Source: an uncultured Candidatus Saccharibacteria bacterium
GTDB taxonomy: Bacteria; Patescibacteriota; Minisyncoccia; Phycocordibacterales; UBA9973
NCBI GenBank assembly: GCA_964553015.1
Contig: CAZKJE010000002.1
Location: 14,175-78,174 of the forward strand
DNA: 64,000 bases
Reading direction: 5' to 3'
Made by a program: the position numbers and the translations under genes. Positions 19,866 to 29,229 of the stretch are shown here, one piece after another. The notes beneath the pieces are model-generated. The model was not told where the DNA came from. It did no database searches and saw only the letters and a list, made by a program, of their open reading frames with translations. Positions within the stretch are counted from its first letter, which is position 1; every line of letters begins with the position of its first letter.

Positions 19866-22676
19866 ATGAACAAACTAAAATATTTTTTATTTGGCGCATT
19901 TTTTCTTTTAGCATTCGCTTTTTTATTTACTAATGTTAATCAAGTTTCCGCAGCTGGAAATTGTACGACAGATACTTGGAATCCTCCTAGTCTGGTTCCT
20001 TGGAAGACTACAGCCTCTACTCAAACATTTGACTTGACCCATACTTATAAGGATGGGTTTTTGCCTGGAGCCCCTTCTACAACTGAAACAGATTCTTGTA
20101 CAACAACAGCAAATCACGGCGCTACTTGCCAAGCGGGAGGTGTAACTGAATCATTACAAGGTCCACAGGATCCAGAATTTGGATATCCATGTAATCCAAG
20201 TGGATTAATAAACGTAACCAGTCCCATAAATAGAATAGATACACTTCTGCCAGTTTGCGGTACATGGAGTGGTTCGGGGCCGACATATACTCTCTCGGGT
20301 TCAACTGACCCGGCTGCAAGCGGGGGTAGTGGACAAAGTGGGATAAATGTTTCTGGTGGTTCTTGTACCGCTTCATCGGGGAGTTCTTGTACAGTAACTA
20401 TTTCAGATGTTGCGGGAAATCTAAAATCTTGTACCAGCCCGGTTTATGGTAATTATACAGTAGCCGCAGTTGCAAATAGTGGTGGCAGTGTTTCTCCAAT
20501 TTCTCAACCAAATGTAGCTTATGATTCTACGACAAATTTTACCGTTACCCCAAGTAATGGCTTTACTCATGCTGTTGGATCTCCAGGCTTTGGTCCTTCA
20601 GGGTGTGCTGATAATACAGGGACTTTTACTACTGGTACTAACTATCTTACTGGTAAGATTAAAAACAACTGCAACTACACTTTTAGTTTTACTCTTAGCG
20701 TTCCCGCTACTCCCACTGGTCTAACTGCCACACCTAGTTCTTGCGGAACAGGGAGAATAGATGTTTCGTGGAATGCATCCAGCGGCGCTACCAGCTACAC
20801 GCTTAAGGATGGAGCTGTTACTATTTATACCGGAGCTGCAACTTCTTTTGCTCACACTGGTCTAGTAGCGGGCTCGAGTCATAGTTACACCGTGAGTGCT
20901 ACAAATAGCGGCGGCACTTCTGCATACTCAAGCGCTGTTTCAGCGAGTGCGCCGATAGCGTGTGCTGCAGTTGTCAACGGCTCCTGTTCAGTAACCCACT
21001 ACGGTTGTACTGCAGGAACAAGCGCCAACAATGTAGACGGCGCTACTTCTTGGACTTGGGTTTGCAATGGTTCAAATGGCGGAACCAACGCATCCTGTTC
21101 TGAAGCGAAACCTTTACCCGATCTCACTGCTTCCTCTCCCACGCCAACGACAGCCACCACCGGCGTAGCGCAGACGTTCTCTTCAACTATCTCCAACATC
21201 GGCACCGCTTCAACTGGAGCTTCTTTCTCCAACTTCTTCCAGGTAGCCACAGCTGCCGGAGGAGGGGGAACTGTTACGGATCTTGCCTCTACTACAATGA
21301 CAACTCTGGCTGCCGGAGCCACTGGCACCAGCACCAAGGCCTACACCTTCCCATCTGCCGGCACATACTCTGTCCGAGCTTGCGCGGACAAGACTAACGC
21401 CGCTTCTACTGGAGTAATTACGGAATCAAATGAGGGTAACAATTGCAGTTCGTGGACAAATGTTTCAGTCACCAGCACCCCTGTCATGTCCGGCACCCTG
21501 ACTCCAAATCCTACTTCTTGTGTTATAGCTTCTGGTGCTTCAAGTTGTTCTGTCACTCTTAATTGGAGCATAGCAAATCCTGAAGGAATACCGACCGCTA
21601 TCACAGCCACAGGAATGACTAATGTGAATGTCACAAACACTCTGGCAACACCCCAATCCGGGAATCAATCTTTAACTGTTCCGTACAGTTCTAGAATATT
21701 TTATCTTTACAATAATGGAGTTCAGCTTGCTACCAGCAGTGCTACTGCCAGTTGTACAGGGGGGACTGCATGGAATGGAAGTATCTGCGCTCCCGCTATG
21801 TCCGGCACACTTACGTCTTCAGCTCCATCTTGCGTAATTGCTTCCGGAGCAAGCACTTGCATTGTAAATCTCACTTGGACTACGACAAATCCCGAAGCAA
21901 CTTCTGCGGTCACTTCTTCTTATCCTGCTCCTAACACTACTGTTTTCACTGGATTAAACGGCGGTCCTTCATCGGTTACCATTCCGTACAGTTCCAGAAC
22001 TTTCTATCTTTACAATAATGCAAAATCACTCGTGCCGACTTCTCCTAGCGGAGCCGGTATCGTCGTGACTGCAAGCTGTACAGGAGGAACAGCTTGGAAT
22101 GGAACAGTTTGCGCAAACGTTCCTCCCACGGTTAACGCCGGTCCCGATAAGGCCATAACTCTTCCTACTAGTTCTTCCGCTCCTACCGGCGCCTATGCTA
22201 CCGATGTCTCGCCTGGCACAATAAGCAGCAGATTGTGGACGAAAACTTCTGGCCCGAGTGCTACCATTACCAATGGGACGACGCTTACTCCTACGTTTTC
22301 TAATATGACAGCCGCCGGCACATACGTCTTCCGTCTCACTGCTACCGACAATCAGGGGGCTACAGGATTTGACGAAATGCAGGTTGTGGTTTCAGCTTCC
22401 GGCGGTGGAGAAGAATGCACTAATGGAGCAACGAATTATCCCGAGTGTACTATCGATGGCGGAGGATGCCTCAACGGCGCAACCAATCCGCCTCTTTGCA
22501 CCATCGGGGCAGGCACTAATGGCAACTGCGCAATCACGCCTAACACCTGTTCTTCTGGAACACCGACCGTTGGCGCATGGAATGCCTCTAACCATGTCTG
22601 GACTTGTACTGGAACGAACGGAGTGCCTGTATCATGTTCAGCCCCGAAGAGACAGCCGGACTTTATAGAAAATTAA
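19866..22676 (+). CDS. Large secreted Thr/Ser/Gly-rich surface protein with FN3-like and Cys-containing repeat modules (candidate adhesin)
   Basis: Signal peptide. An FN3-like module (GLTATPSSCGTGRIDVSWNASSGATSYTL...YSSAVSASAP). Two tandem ~110-aa repeats (MSGTLT...CTGGTAWNG). Recurring ~45-aa Cys-spaced motifs. Visibly high GC. Confidence 0.7.
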   Translation: MNKLKYFLFGAFFLLAFAFLFTNVNQVSAAGNCTTDTWNPPSLVPWKTTASTQTFDLTHTYKDGFLPGAPSTTETDSCTTTANHGATCQAGGVTESLQGPQDPEFGYPCNPSGLINVTSPINRIDTLLPVCGTWSGSGPTYTLSGSTDPAASGGSGQSGINVSGGSCTASSGSSCTVTISDVAGNLKSCTSPVYGNYTVAAVANSGGSVSPISQPNVAYDSTTNFTVTPSNGFTHAVGSPGFGPSGCADNTGTFTTGTNYLTGKIKNNCNYTFSFTLSVPATPTGLTATPSSCGTGRIDVSWNASSGATSYTLKDGAVTIYTGAATSFAHTGLVAGSSHSYTVSATNSGGTSAYSSAVSASAPIACAAVVNGSCSVTHYGCTAGTSANNVDGATSWTWVCNGSNGGTNASCSEAKPLPDLTASSPTPTTATTGVAQTFSSTISNIGTASTGASFSNFFQVATAAGGGGTVTDLASTTMTTLAAGATGTSTKAYTFPSAGTYSVRACADKTNAASTGVITESNEGNNCSSWTNVSVTSTPVMSGTLTPNPTSCVIASGASSCSVTLNWSIANPEGIPTAITATGMTNVNVTNTLATPQSGNQSLTVPYSSRIFYLYNNGVQLATSSATASCTGGTAWNGSICAPAMSGTLTSSAPSCVIASGASTCIVNLTWTTTNPEATSAVTSSYPAPNTTVFTGLNGGPSSVTIPYSSRTFYLYNNAKSLVPTSPSGAGIVVTASCTGGTAWNGTVCANVPPTVNAGPDKAITLPTSSSAPTGAYATDVSPGTISSRLWTKTSGPSATITNGTTLTPTFSNMTAAGTYVFRLTATDNQGATGFDEMQVVVSASGGGEECTNGATNYPECTIDGGGCLNGATNPPLCTIGAGTNGNCAITPNTCSSGTPTVGAWNASNHVWTCTGTNGVPVSCSAPKRQPDFIEN

Positions 22677-22747
22677 AAAATAAAATTATTCAGCAAAAAA
22701 ATCCCCCAGATAAACATTTGCGGGATTTTTTTGTTATAATAGAGAAG

Positions 22748-24511
22748 ATGCAGATCAATGAAGACAAGATAAAAAAATTTATTTTAGATTCAGGCCTCGT
22801 TTCTAAAACGGATCTCGAAGATGCTATGGAAAAAGCCGCGGAGAAAAATCAAAAGATCTCCGATTTTTTACTTTCCGAGGGAAAAATATCTGAAACGGAT
22901 ATGAGGCGGATGCAGGCTTTTGCCTTAGGCATTCCTTTTATAAGCTTAGCTGGAGAAAAAATAGAATTTTCCGTCTTGTCCCTCATTCCGGAGCCGATCG
23001 CCCGAAATTACAATATAGTTGCCTATAAAAAAAATGACGATAAATTGGAAGTCGCCATGCTGGACGCAGATGACCTGCCGGTAATTGATTTCATCAAGAA
23101 ACGCTCTGGGTTGAAAATATTGCCTCGGCTTACCGACGATGCTTCTATAAAGTCTGTACTGGTGCAATACAGGCAGAGTTTAAAGGCCGAATTTCAGAAT
23201 ATAATTCAAAAAGAAGCAAATGCACTTGCCAAAGCAGGGGGTGAAAAGACAGGAGATAAGGGAGCAGAAAAAACTGAAAGCGAACTCAAGAAAATGGCCG
23301 AAGATTTGCCGGTGGTCAAAATCGTCGACTCACTTATTTTTCATGCTATTCTCCAAAGTGCTTCAGATATTCACATAGAGCCGGGAGAAAAAGAACTGAC
23401 AGTGCGCTACAGGATAGACGGCATATTGCATGATGCCATGGTTCTGGACAAGACCGCCGGCGCCGGCATAACCGCCCGCATAAAAGTATTATCCAATTTA
23501 AAACTGGACGAAAAACGCTTGCCCCAAGACGGCAGATTTAAAATAGAGCAGAACGGAGAAAAAATTTCTTTCCGCGTTTCCACTCTGCCGACTTTTTACG
23601 GAGAAAAAACTGTTATCAGAATCCTCAAGGAAAACGCGCACGGCTTTTCTTTGGAGACGCTCGGCTTTCACGGGGAAGGACTGGAGCGGATCCACGCTTC
23701 GCTCAAACAAAAAACCGGAATGGTGCTCGCGACGGGACCGACGGGTTCAGGAAAGACGACGACGCTCTACACCATGCTCGATATTTTAAATAGGCCCGAA
23801 GTAAATATTTCTACGGTTGAAGATCCGATAGAGTATCAGATGCCGAGGGTGAATCAAACTCAAGTCAAACCCGAAATCGGGCTAACTTTTGCAAACGGCC
23901 TGCGCTCACTTTTGCGTCAGGATCCGGATATCGTGATGGTTGGGGAGATTCGCGATGGCGAAACGGCCGGCCTCGCCATCAACGCGTCTTTAACCGGACA
24001 CCTTGTACTCTCTACCATCCATACCAATTCCGCCGCCGGCGCGATACCTCGGCTCATAGACATGGGAGCTGAGCCGTTCCTCATAACCGCCACCGTCAAA
24101 ACTATCATCGCGCAGAGATTGGTGCGCAAGCTTACCCCGAATAAAGAAAAATATTTTTTGTCTCCGGCTGAGTTGAAAAATCTCGGAAACGTTGTTGACT
24201 TGGATCGCCTGCTTGGATTTCTAAAAGCTGAAAAAATAGTGGGCGCGAGCGATACTTGGGCGAAAATTCCTTTTTACAAGCCGGTAGCTTCAAGTGAATT
24301 TGAAGATGGATATTCCAGCCGAATAGGCATGCATGAGGTTCTAAAGGTTACGCCTACTATCAAGGAAATGATCATAAAAGGAAGCTCACAGGATGAAATG
24401 GAAGCGCAGGCAAAGAAAGAGGGAATGATGACCATGATAGAAGACGGAGTTTATCAGGCGGTCTTGGGAGTGACGACGCTTGAAGAAGTGTTCAGAGTAG
24501 TTTCAGAATAG
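22748..24511 (+). CDS. pilB: Type IV pilus assembly ATPase PilB (GspE family); the ORF-track start at 22604 overlaps the upstream gene
   Basis: N-terminal GSPII-like region, Walker A GPTGSGKTTT, Asp/His boxes. Confidence 0.85.
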   Translation: MQINEDKIKKFILDSGLVSKTDLEDAMEKAAEKNQKISDFLLSEGKISETDMRRMQAFALGIPFISLAGEKIEFSVLSLIPEPIARNYNIVAYKKNDDKLEVAMLDADDLPVIDFIKKRSGLKILPRLTDDASIKSVLVQYRQSLKAEFQNIIQKEANALAKAGGEKTGDKGAEKTESELKKMAEDLPVVKIVDSLIFHAILQSASDIHIEPGEKELTVRYRIDGILHDAMVLDKTAGAGITARIKVLSNLKLDEKRLPQDGRFKIEQNGEKISFRVSTLPTFYGEKTVIRILKENAHGFSLETLGFHGEGLERIHASLKQKTGMVLATGPTGSGKTTTLYTMLDILNRPEVNISTVEDPIEYQMPRVNQTQVKPEIGLTFANGLRSLLRQDPDIVMVGEIRDGETAGLAINASLTGHLVLSTIHTNSAAGAIPRLIDMGAEPFLITATVKTIIAQRLVRKLTPNKEKYFLSPAELKNLGNVVDLDRLLGFLKAEKIVGASDTWAKIPFYKPVASSEFEDGYSSRIGMHEVLKVTPTIKEMIIKGSSQDEMEAQAKKEGMMTMIEDGVYQAVLGVTTLEEVFRVVSE

Positions 24512-24533
24512 TTCTCACGAGCACCATAAATAA

Positions 24534-25751
24534 ATGTTATTTTCATACAGCGCAAAATCAAAAACGGGAGAAATCATGGAAGGAATTTTGGAGTTCCCGG
24601 ATCGTTTTTTGGCAGCGCGCGATTTGCGGTCTCGGGGCTACACGCCTATTTCTATTTCCGAAAAGGGCAAAAGTATTGCTGACAAACTTGGTTCCATGAA
24701 AGGCATGTTCTCAAAAGTAAGCGTAGGAGAGCAGATTATTTTTACAAAAAATTTAAGCGGTATGATAAAGGCGGGACTTTCGCTGTCGCGAGCGCTCTCG
24801 GTTTTACAAAAACAAACAAAGAACCCAAAACTTATTGATATTCTGACTTCGGTCTCAAGCGATATAAATTCCGGCGGAAACTTTTCCGCGGCGCTTGCAA
24901 ATTTTCCAGATGTATTTTCCAAACTTTTTACTTCCATGGTCCGTGCAGGAGAAGAGTCCGGAAATCTATCTGGCGCGCTTTCTGATATAGGAGTAAATCT
25001 GGAAAAAGCTTATTCGCTGACTAAAAAAGTTCGTGGAGCGCTCATATATCCAGGGGTAATAATGTCGGCCATGATAGTCATAGGCGTGCTCATGTTTGCT
25101 TTCGTGGTGCCGACCTTGGCGGGAACCTTTAGAGAGCTCGGGGTTACATTGCCGACTTCAACTCGTATTCTTGTATTCATCGGCAACTTTTTCTCAAACC
25201 ACCTCCTGCTAACTTTTTTGATACTAGTTTTGGCTTTCTCTGCCTTGTTTTTCTTTTTTCGCGCAAAGTTTATGGCAAAGTATATAGACTTCGTTATTTT
25301 AAAAATACCCGTTATAGGTGTTTTAGCAAAAGAAATAAATACGGCTCGTACCGCTCGCACTATCGCCTCTCTTTTGTCTTCTGGGGTTTCTATCGTTCGA
25401 GCGGTCGAGATAACGGAAGATGTCGTCCAGAATGTTTTTTATAAAAGAATTTTAAACGAAGCAAGAATTGCTATTGAAAAAGGCGCTCCTTTTTCCGCTG
25501 TATTTGAAGCGAACGAAAAGCTTTATCCGGTAATGATGGCGGAAATGGTAGCCGTCGGCGAGGAGACGGGAAAGCTATCGGACATGCTTCACGAAATCGC
25601 TCTTTTCTATGAAGAAGAAATAGAAAATAAGACAAAAAATCTTTCTACTATCATCGAGCCGGTACTGATGATCCTGATTGGCACAGCAGTGGGCTTCTTT
25701 GCTATTTCTATGATCTCTCCGCTTTATTCAATTTTGGGCAGCATAAATTAA
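24534..25751 (+). CDS. pilC: Type IV pilus inner-membrane platform protein PilC (GspF family)
   Basis: Two GspF repeat domains with three TM segments. Confidence 0.85.
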   Translation: MLFSYSAKSKTGEIMEGILEFPDRFLAARDLRSRGYTPISISEKGKSIADKLGSMKGMFSKVSVGEQIIFTKNLSGMIKAGLSLSRALSVLQKQTKNPKLIDILTSVSSDINSGGNFSAALANFPDVFSKLFTSMVRAGEESGNLSGALSDIGVNLEKAYSLTKKVRGALIYPGVIMSAMIVIGVLMFAFVVPTLAGTFRELGVTLPTSTRILVFIGNFFSNHLLLTFLILVLAFSALFFFFRAKFMAKYIDFVILKIPVIGVLAKEINTARTARTIASLLSSGVSIVRAVEITEDVVQNVFYKRILNEARIAIEKGAPFSAVFEANEKLYPVMMAEMVAVGEETGKLSDMLHEIALFYEEEIENKTKNLSTIIEPVLMILIGTAVGFFAISMISPLYSILGSIN

Positions 25752-26219
25752 ATGAAAAATTTTTACAAAAAAGGAATAAGCGCTATTGAGATATTTGTGG
25801 TAGTGGCCATAGTAGCTCTTCTCGCTACTGTCGTTATTCCTCAGTTTTCTAAAATTCGCGAAAGACAGGTTTTAAAAAGCGCTGTCAGTGACATTTTATC
25901 CAGTATAAATAAAGCACAGATAAAAACTCTGGCCTCGGTCGACTCGTCTTCTTATGGCGTGCATTTTGAATCAGGTAAAGTTATAATTTTTAAAGGGATA
26001 GTTTTTTCTTCCAGCGACTTAAATAATGAAAATGTAGATCTGACCTCGCCGGCAAATATTTCTAATGTAACTTTGGCAGGAGTAAGCGCAAGTTCAGGGG
26101 AAATTTATTTCAATCGACTGTCCGGTGTTCCCAATAAATCCGGTACGGTGACGGTATCAACGACAAATTTTGTAAAAACCATTACTATTTCCGCCATAGG
26201 CCAGGCAAGCGCGAACTAA
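25752..26219 (+). CDS. Prepilin-type pseudopilin/minor pilin
   Basis: N-terminal KKG|ISAIE with Glu at +5, hydrophobic helix. Confidence 0.7.
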   Translation: MKNFYKKGISAIEIFVVVAIVALLATVVIPQFSKIRERQVLKSAVSDILSSINKAQIKTLASVDSSSYGVHFESGKVIIFKGIVFSSSDLNNENVDLTSPANISNVTLAGVSASSGEIYFNRLSGVPNKSGTVTVSTTNFVKTITISAIGQASAN

Positions 26220-26220
26220 A

Positions 26221-26640
26221 ATGAGAATAAATTTTAAAAATAAAGGCTTTATGATGGTGGAAGTATTGGTAGCAGTCTCAATTATTACTGCTGCTATATT
26301 GGCTACGATGGCCGTCGCCCAAAAGTCTGTGTATGTTTCCCGTCAAGCTCTGCATACTACACAGGCGGCATTTTTATTGGAAGAAGGGGCGGAAAATGCA
26401 CGAATCGCGCGAGACAATGCATGGAGCAATGTCGCTTCTTTGAACACCTCGGAACAAATAGGGATTTTTACCAGAACAGTTGCTGCTTCCGGTGTGAACC
26501 GAGACAATACCACTTCAGATATTAGTGCCGCTGGCACGGATGATCCGGATACAAAATTGATCACCGTTACCGTATATTGGCCGGAAGGAGGAAACGTAAT
26601 AACCAAGACTTTACAATTTTATATTATGAATATTTTTTAG
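26221..26640 (+). CDS. Prepilin-type pseudopilin/minor pilin
   Basis: NKG|FMMVEVLVAVSII class-III signal peptide. Confidence 0.7.
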   Translation: MRINFKNKGFMMVEVLVAVSIITAAILATMAVAQKSVYVSRQALHTTQAAFLLEEGAENARIARDNAWSNVASLNTSEQIGIFTRTVAASGVNRDNTTSDISAAGTDDPDTKLITVTVYWPEGGNVITKTLQFYIMNIF

Positions 26641-26648
26641 TTGTTACA

Positions 26649-27152
26649 ATGCTTACAATTTATAAAAATAAGAATAAAAACGGTTATGCGCTTCTCGAGC
26701 TTTTGTTTTACATAGCTTTTTTCTCACTGCTTTCGATTATAGTTATAAACGCCATGATAACCATGGCGCAATCTTTCAAAGAAACAGAAATCCAAACAGA
26801 ACTTTTGCGAAGCGGATCAATAATGGAAAGGATCTCGCGAGAAGTAAGAGGAGCGATTAACATAAGCTCAATAACTACGACTGACCTCAAATTAAATACA
26901 ACAGACAGTGCCGGAACAGCAAAAACCGTAGAATTTTTAATGTCCGGTTCAAATCTGCAGCTTTTAGAGAATGAAATCCTTACCGGAAATTTAAATAGTG
27001 CGAATATAATCATTTCTGGCCTTACTTTTACGCAAATAACCACCACAGAAGGAGTCGGAGTTAAAATTGTTTTAACTGTGCAGTCTCCAAGCGATAAATA
27101 TAGCAGAACAGTGGATTTTTACGACACTGTCATTTTACGAGGAAATTATTAA
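26649..27152 (+). CDS. Prepilin-type pseudopilin/minor pilin (start moved to MLTIYKNKNKNG|YALLE)
   Basis: G|YALLELLFYIAFF prepilin motif; the ORF-track start at 26577 overlaps the previous gene. Confidence 0.65.
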   Translation: MLTIYKNKNKNGYALLELLFYIAFFSLLSIIVINAMITMAQSFKETEIQTELLRSGSIMERISREVRGAINISSITTTDLKLNTTDSAGTAKTVEFLMSGSNLQLLENEILTGNLNSANIIISGLTFTQITTTEGVGVKIVLTVQSPSDKYSRTVDFYDTVILRGNY

Positions 27153-27158
27153 TCAAAC

Positions 27159-28439
27159 ATGAAAAAAGATTTCAAAAAAATTAATAATCAGTCCCTGCCT
27201 GCCGGCCGGCAGGGCGGAGCAGCGATGCTGATAGCCGTAGTTTTTTTTCTGTTTATTTCTTTAGCAATAATTTCCGGCCTCGTGTCGCCGTCTGTGCGCG
27301 AATTCAAAAATGCCAATGATGCGGTCAGATCGAGACAAAGTTTATTTTTGTCCGAATCGGGAACAGAGGACGCCTATTTTAGATTGAAAAATGCAAAAAC
27401 TATAAGCTCTCCGGTGGTGCTGGTTTTAAACGGTAATACTGCGACAACCACTATCACAGATTCCGGATATAACGAAAAAACTGTAACGGCGCTTGGAGAT
27501 GTTTCAGCGCGGCAGAGAAAAAGTGAAATTGTTCTGACCACGGGCGACGGGGTTTCTTTCAGCTATGGTATCCAGTCAGGGGTCGGCGGATTTGTTATAG
27601 GTAACGCTGTCGTGAATGGTAATGTATATTCAAACGGAAATATCACAGGGGCTAATGGCGCTACTATTACCGGTTCGGCTTTTGCCGCCGGAGCGACGGG
27701 GGTTATTGATAATATAGATGTGGGACAGGGAGGCATAGGGGACATAAAAGCGCATACTGTGAATGATTCTACTGCTGCCGGCAATTTATATTGCCAAGTT
27801 GGCTCGAACAATAATAAATCCTGCAATACATCTCAGGCTGATCCGGAAATAGCGCCGATGCCAATCACGGAAGAGATGATTAATAAATGGAAAGCAGATG
27901 CAGAACTTGGCGGAATTTTTACTGGAAACATGATTATATCCGAGCAGACGAGCCTAGGGCCGAAAAAAATTACAGGCAATTTGTCTATTGAGGCTGATGT
28001 AGTTATTACGGGTACTGTTTATGTAACAGGGAATATTACGACTAATAACGGCGCAGAGGTTTCTTTGAGCAGTTCTTATGGGGCTCTCGGCGGAATTATT
28101 GTTGCTGACGGAAGAGTAACTCTTTCCAATAACGTTAAATTTTTTGGATCTGGCACTGCAGGCACATACATATTATTAGTCACTACAAGCGCGTGCCCGA
28201 CGGACTGTTCAGGCTTGAATGCTCTGGAAATTTTAAACAACGTAGGCGCAATACTGGTGAATGCTCAAAATGGCACGGTGCACCTCAACAATAATGTTAC
28301 CCTGAACGAAGTTGTGGGAAATACAATTATTGTAGACAATAGCGCGGTGATAAATTATCTTTCGGGGCTTGCTAACCAAAATTTTTCTTCCGGACCTTCG
28401 GGAGGATGGAACATTGATAGCTGGAAGGAGGTGGAATAA
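27159..28439 (+). CDS. PilX-like N-terminal anchor followed by an Asn/Gly-rich repeat (putative beta-helix) pilus-associated protein
   Basis: RQGGAAMLIAVVFFLFISL hydrophobic N-terminus (PilX_N-like); NGN/TGN repeats. Confidence 0.5.
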   Translation: MKKDFKKINNQSLPAGRQGGAAMLIAVVFFLFISLAIISGLVSPSVREFKNANDAVRSRQSLFLSESGTEDAYFRLKNAKTISSPVVLVLNGNTATTTITDSGYNEKTVTALGDVSARQRKSEIVLTTGDGVSFSYGIQSGVGGFVIGNAVVNGNVYSNGNITGANGATITGSAFAAGATGVIDNIDVGQGGIGDIKAHTVNDSTAAGNLYCQVGSNNNKSCNTSQADPEIAPMPITEEMINKWKADAELGGIFTGNMIISEQTSLGPKKITGNLSIEADVVITGTVYVTGNITTNNGAEVSLSSSYGALGGIIVADGRVTLSNNVKFFGSGTAGTYILLVTTSACPTDCSGLNALEILNNVGAILVNAQNGTVHLNNNVTLNEVVGNTIIVDNSAVINYLSGLANQNFSSGPSGGWNIDSWKEVE

Positions 28440-28458
28440 GGTGTGTTATACTGTACTC

Positions 28459-29229
28459 ATGGCAATGAAAAAGCTCGTAATAGGCAACTGGAAAATGAAT
28501 CCGCTCACCTTAAAAGAAGCGGAAAAACTTTTTAGTGATATCGCTTTTGGAGTATCGCGCACTAAACATACTGATGTCGTAGTATGTCCTCCAGTTTTAT
28601 ATCTTGAAAAATTAACCAAAATCAGAACGAGTAAAATAAAACTCGGCGCGCAGGACAGTTTTTGGGGAGATACTGGCGCTTTTACCGGCGAAGTTTCCTC
28701 GGAAATGCTGTATGAAATTGGAGCACGGTATGTGATATTAGGGCATTCAGAAAGGCGGGCCTTGGGTGAAAGCAATGTTGATGTAAATAAAAAATTAAAA
28801 GGCGCTCTGGCATCAGGTCTTCGCCCCGTGTTGTGCGTAGGTGAAACCGTTCGGGACGAGAATCACGGCTATTTCAGCTTGGTAAAAACACAGCTGGAAG
28901 AATGCCTTGCCGGCATTTCAAAAAACTCAATTTCTAAAATTGTTATTGCCTATGAGCCAGTGTGGGCGATATCCAGCACCGTAAATCGCAAAGATGCCAC
29001 CGCCGATGATTCCAGAGAAATGAGTATTTTTATTAAAAAAATTCTGTCAGACAAATTCGGGAAAGGAGCCTCGGCTGTGAAAATAATATACGGCGGATCT
29101 GCCAATGAAAAAGATGCGGAAGATTTTCTCTCAAACGGAGGAGTGGACGGACTTCTTGCGGGTCGGGCCAGCTTGAGTGCCAAAAAATTCACGGAAATTG
29201 TAAAAATATGCGAAACATTAAGTCGTTAA
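28459..29229 (+). CDS. tpiA: Triosephosphate isomerase
   Basis: GNWKMN, HSERR and GGS motifs; start chosen at MAMKK. Confidence 0.9.
   Translation: MAMKKLVIGNWKMNPLTLKEAEKLFSDIAFGVSRTKHTDVVVCPPVLYLEKLTKIRTSKIKLGAQDSFWGDTGAFTGEVSSEMLYEIGARYVILGHSERRALGESNVDVNKKLKGALASGLRPVLCVGETVRDENHGYFSLVKTQLEECLAGISKNSISKIVIAYEPVWAISSTVNRKDATADDSREMSIFIKKILSDKFGKGASAVKIIYGGSANEKDAEDFLSNGGVDGLLAGRASLSAKKFTEIVKICETLSR

Noticed and set aside
20521-21913. Multiple minus- and plus-strand ORFs inside the GC-rich surface-protein gene
   Set aside because: The high GC of the island generates long spurious frames. The sense frame carries a signal peptide and repeat architecture.
22604-22747. N-terminal extension of pilB in the ORF track (MYWNERSACIMF...)
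   Set aside because: It overlaps the 3' end of the upstream gene. The conserved PilB N-domain starts at MQINEDKIKKF (22748), preceded by a promoter-like TTATAAT.
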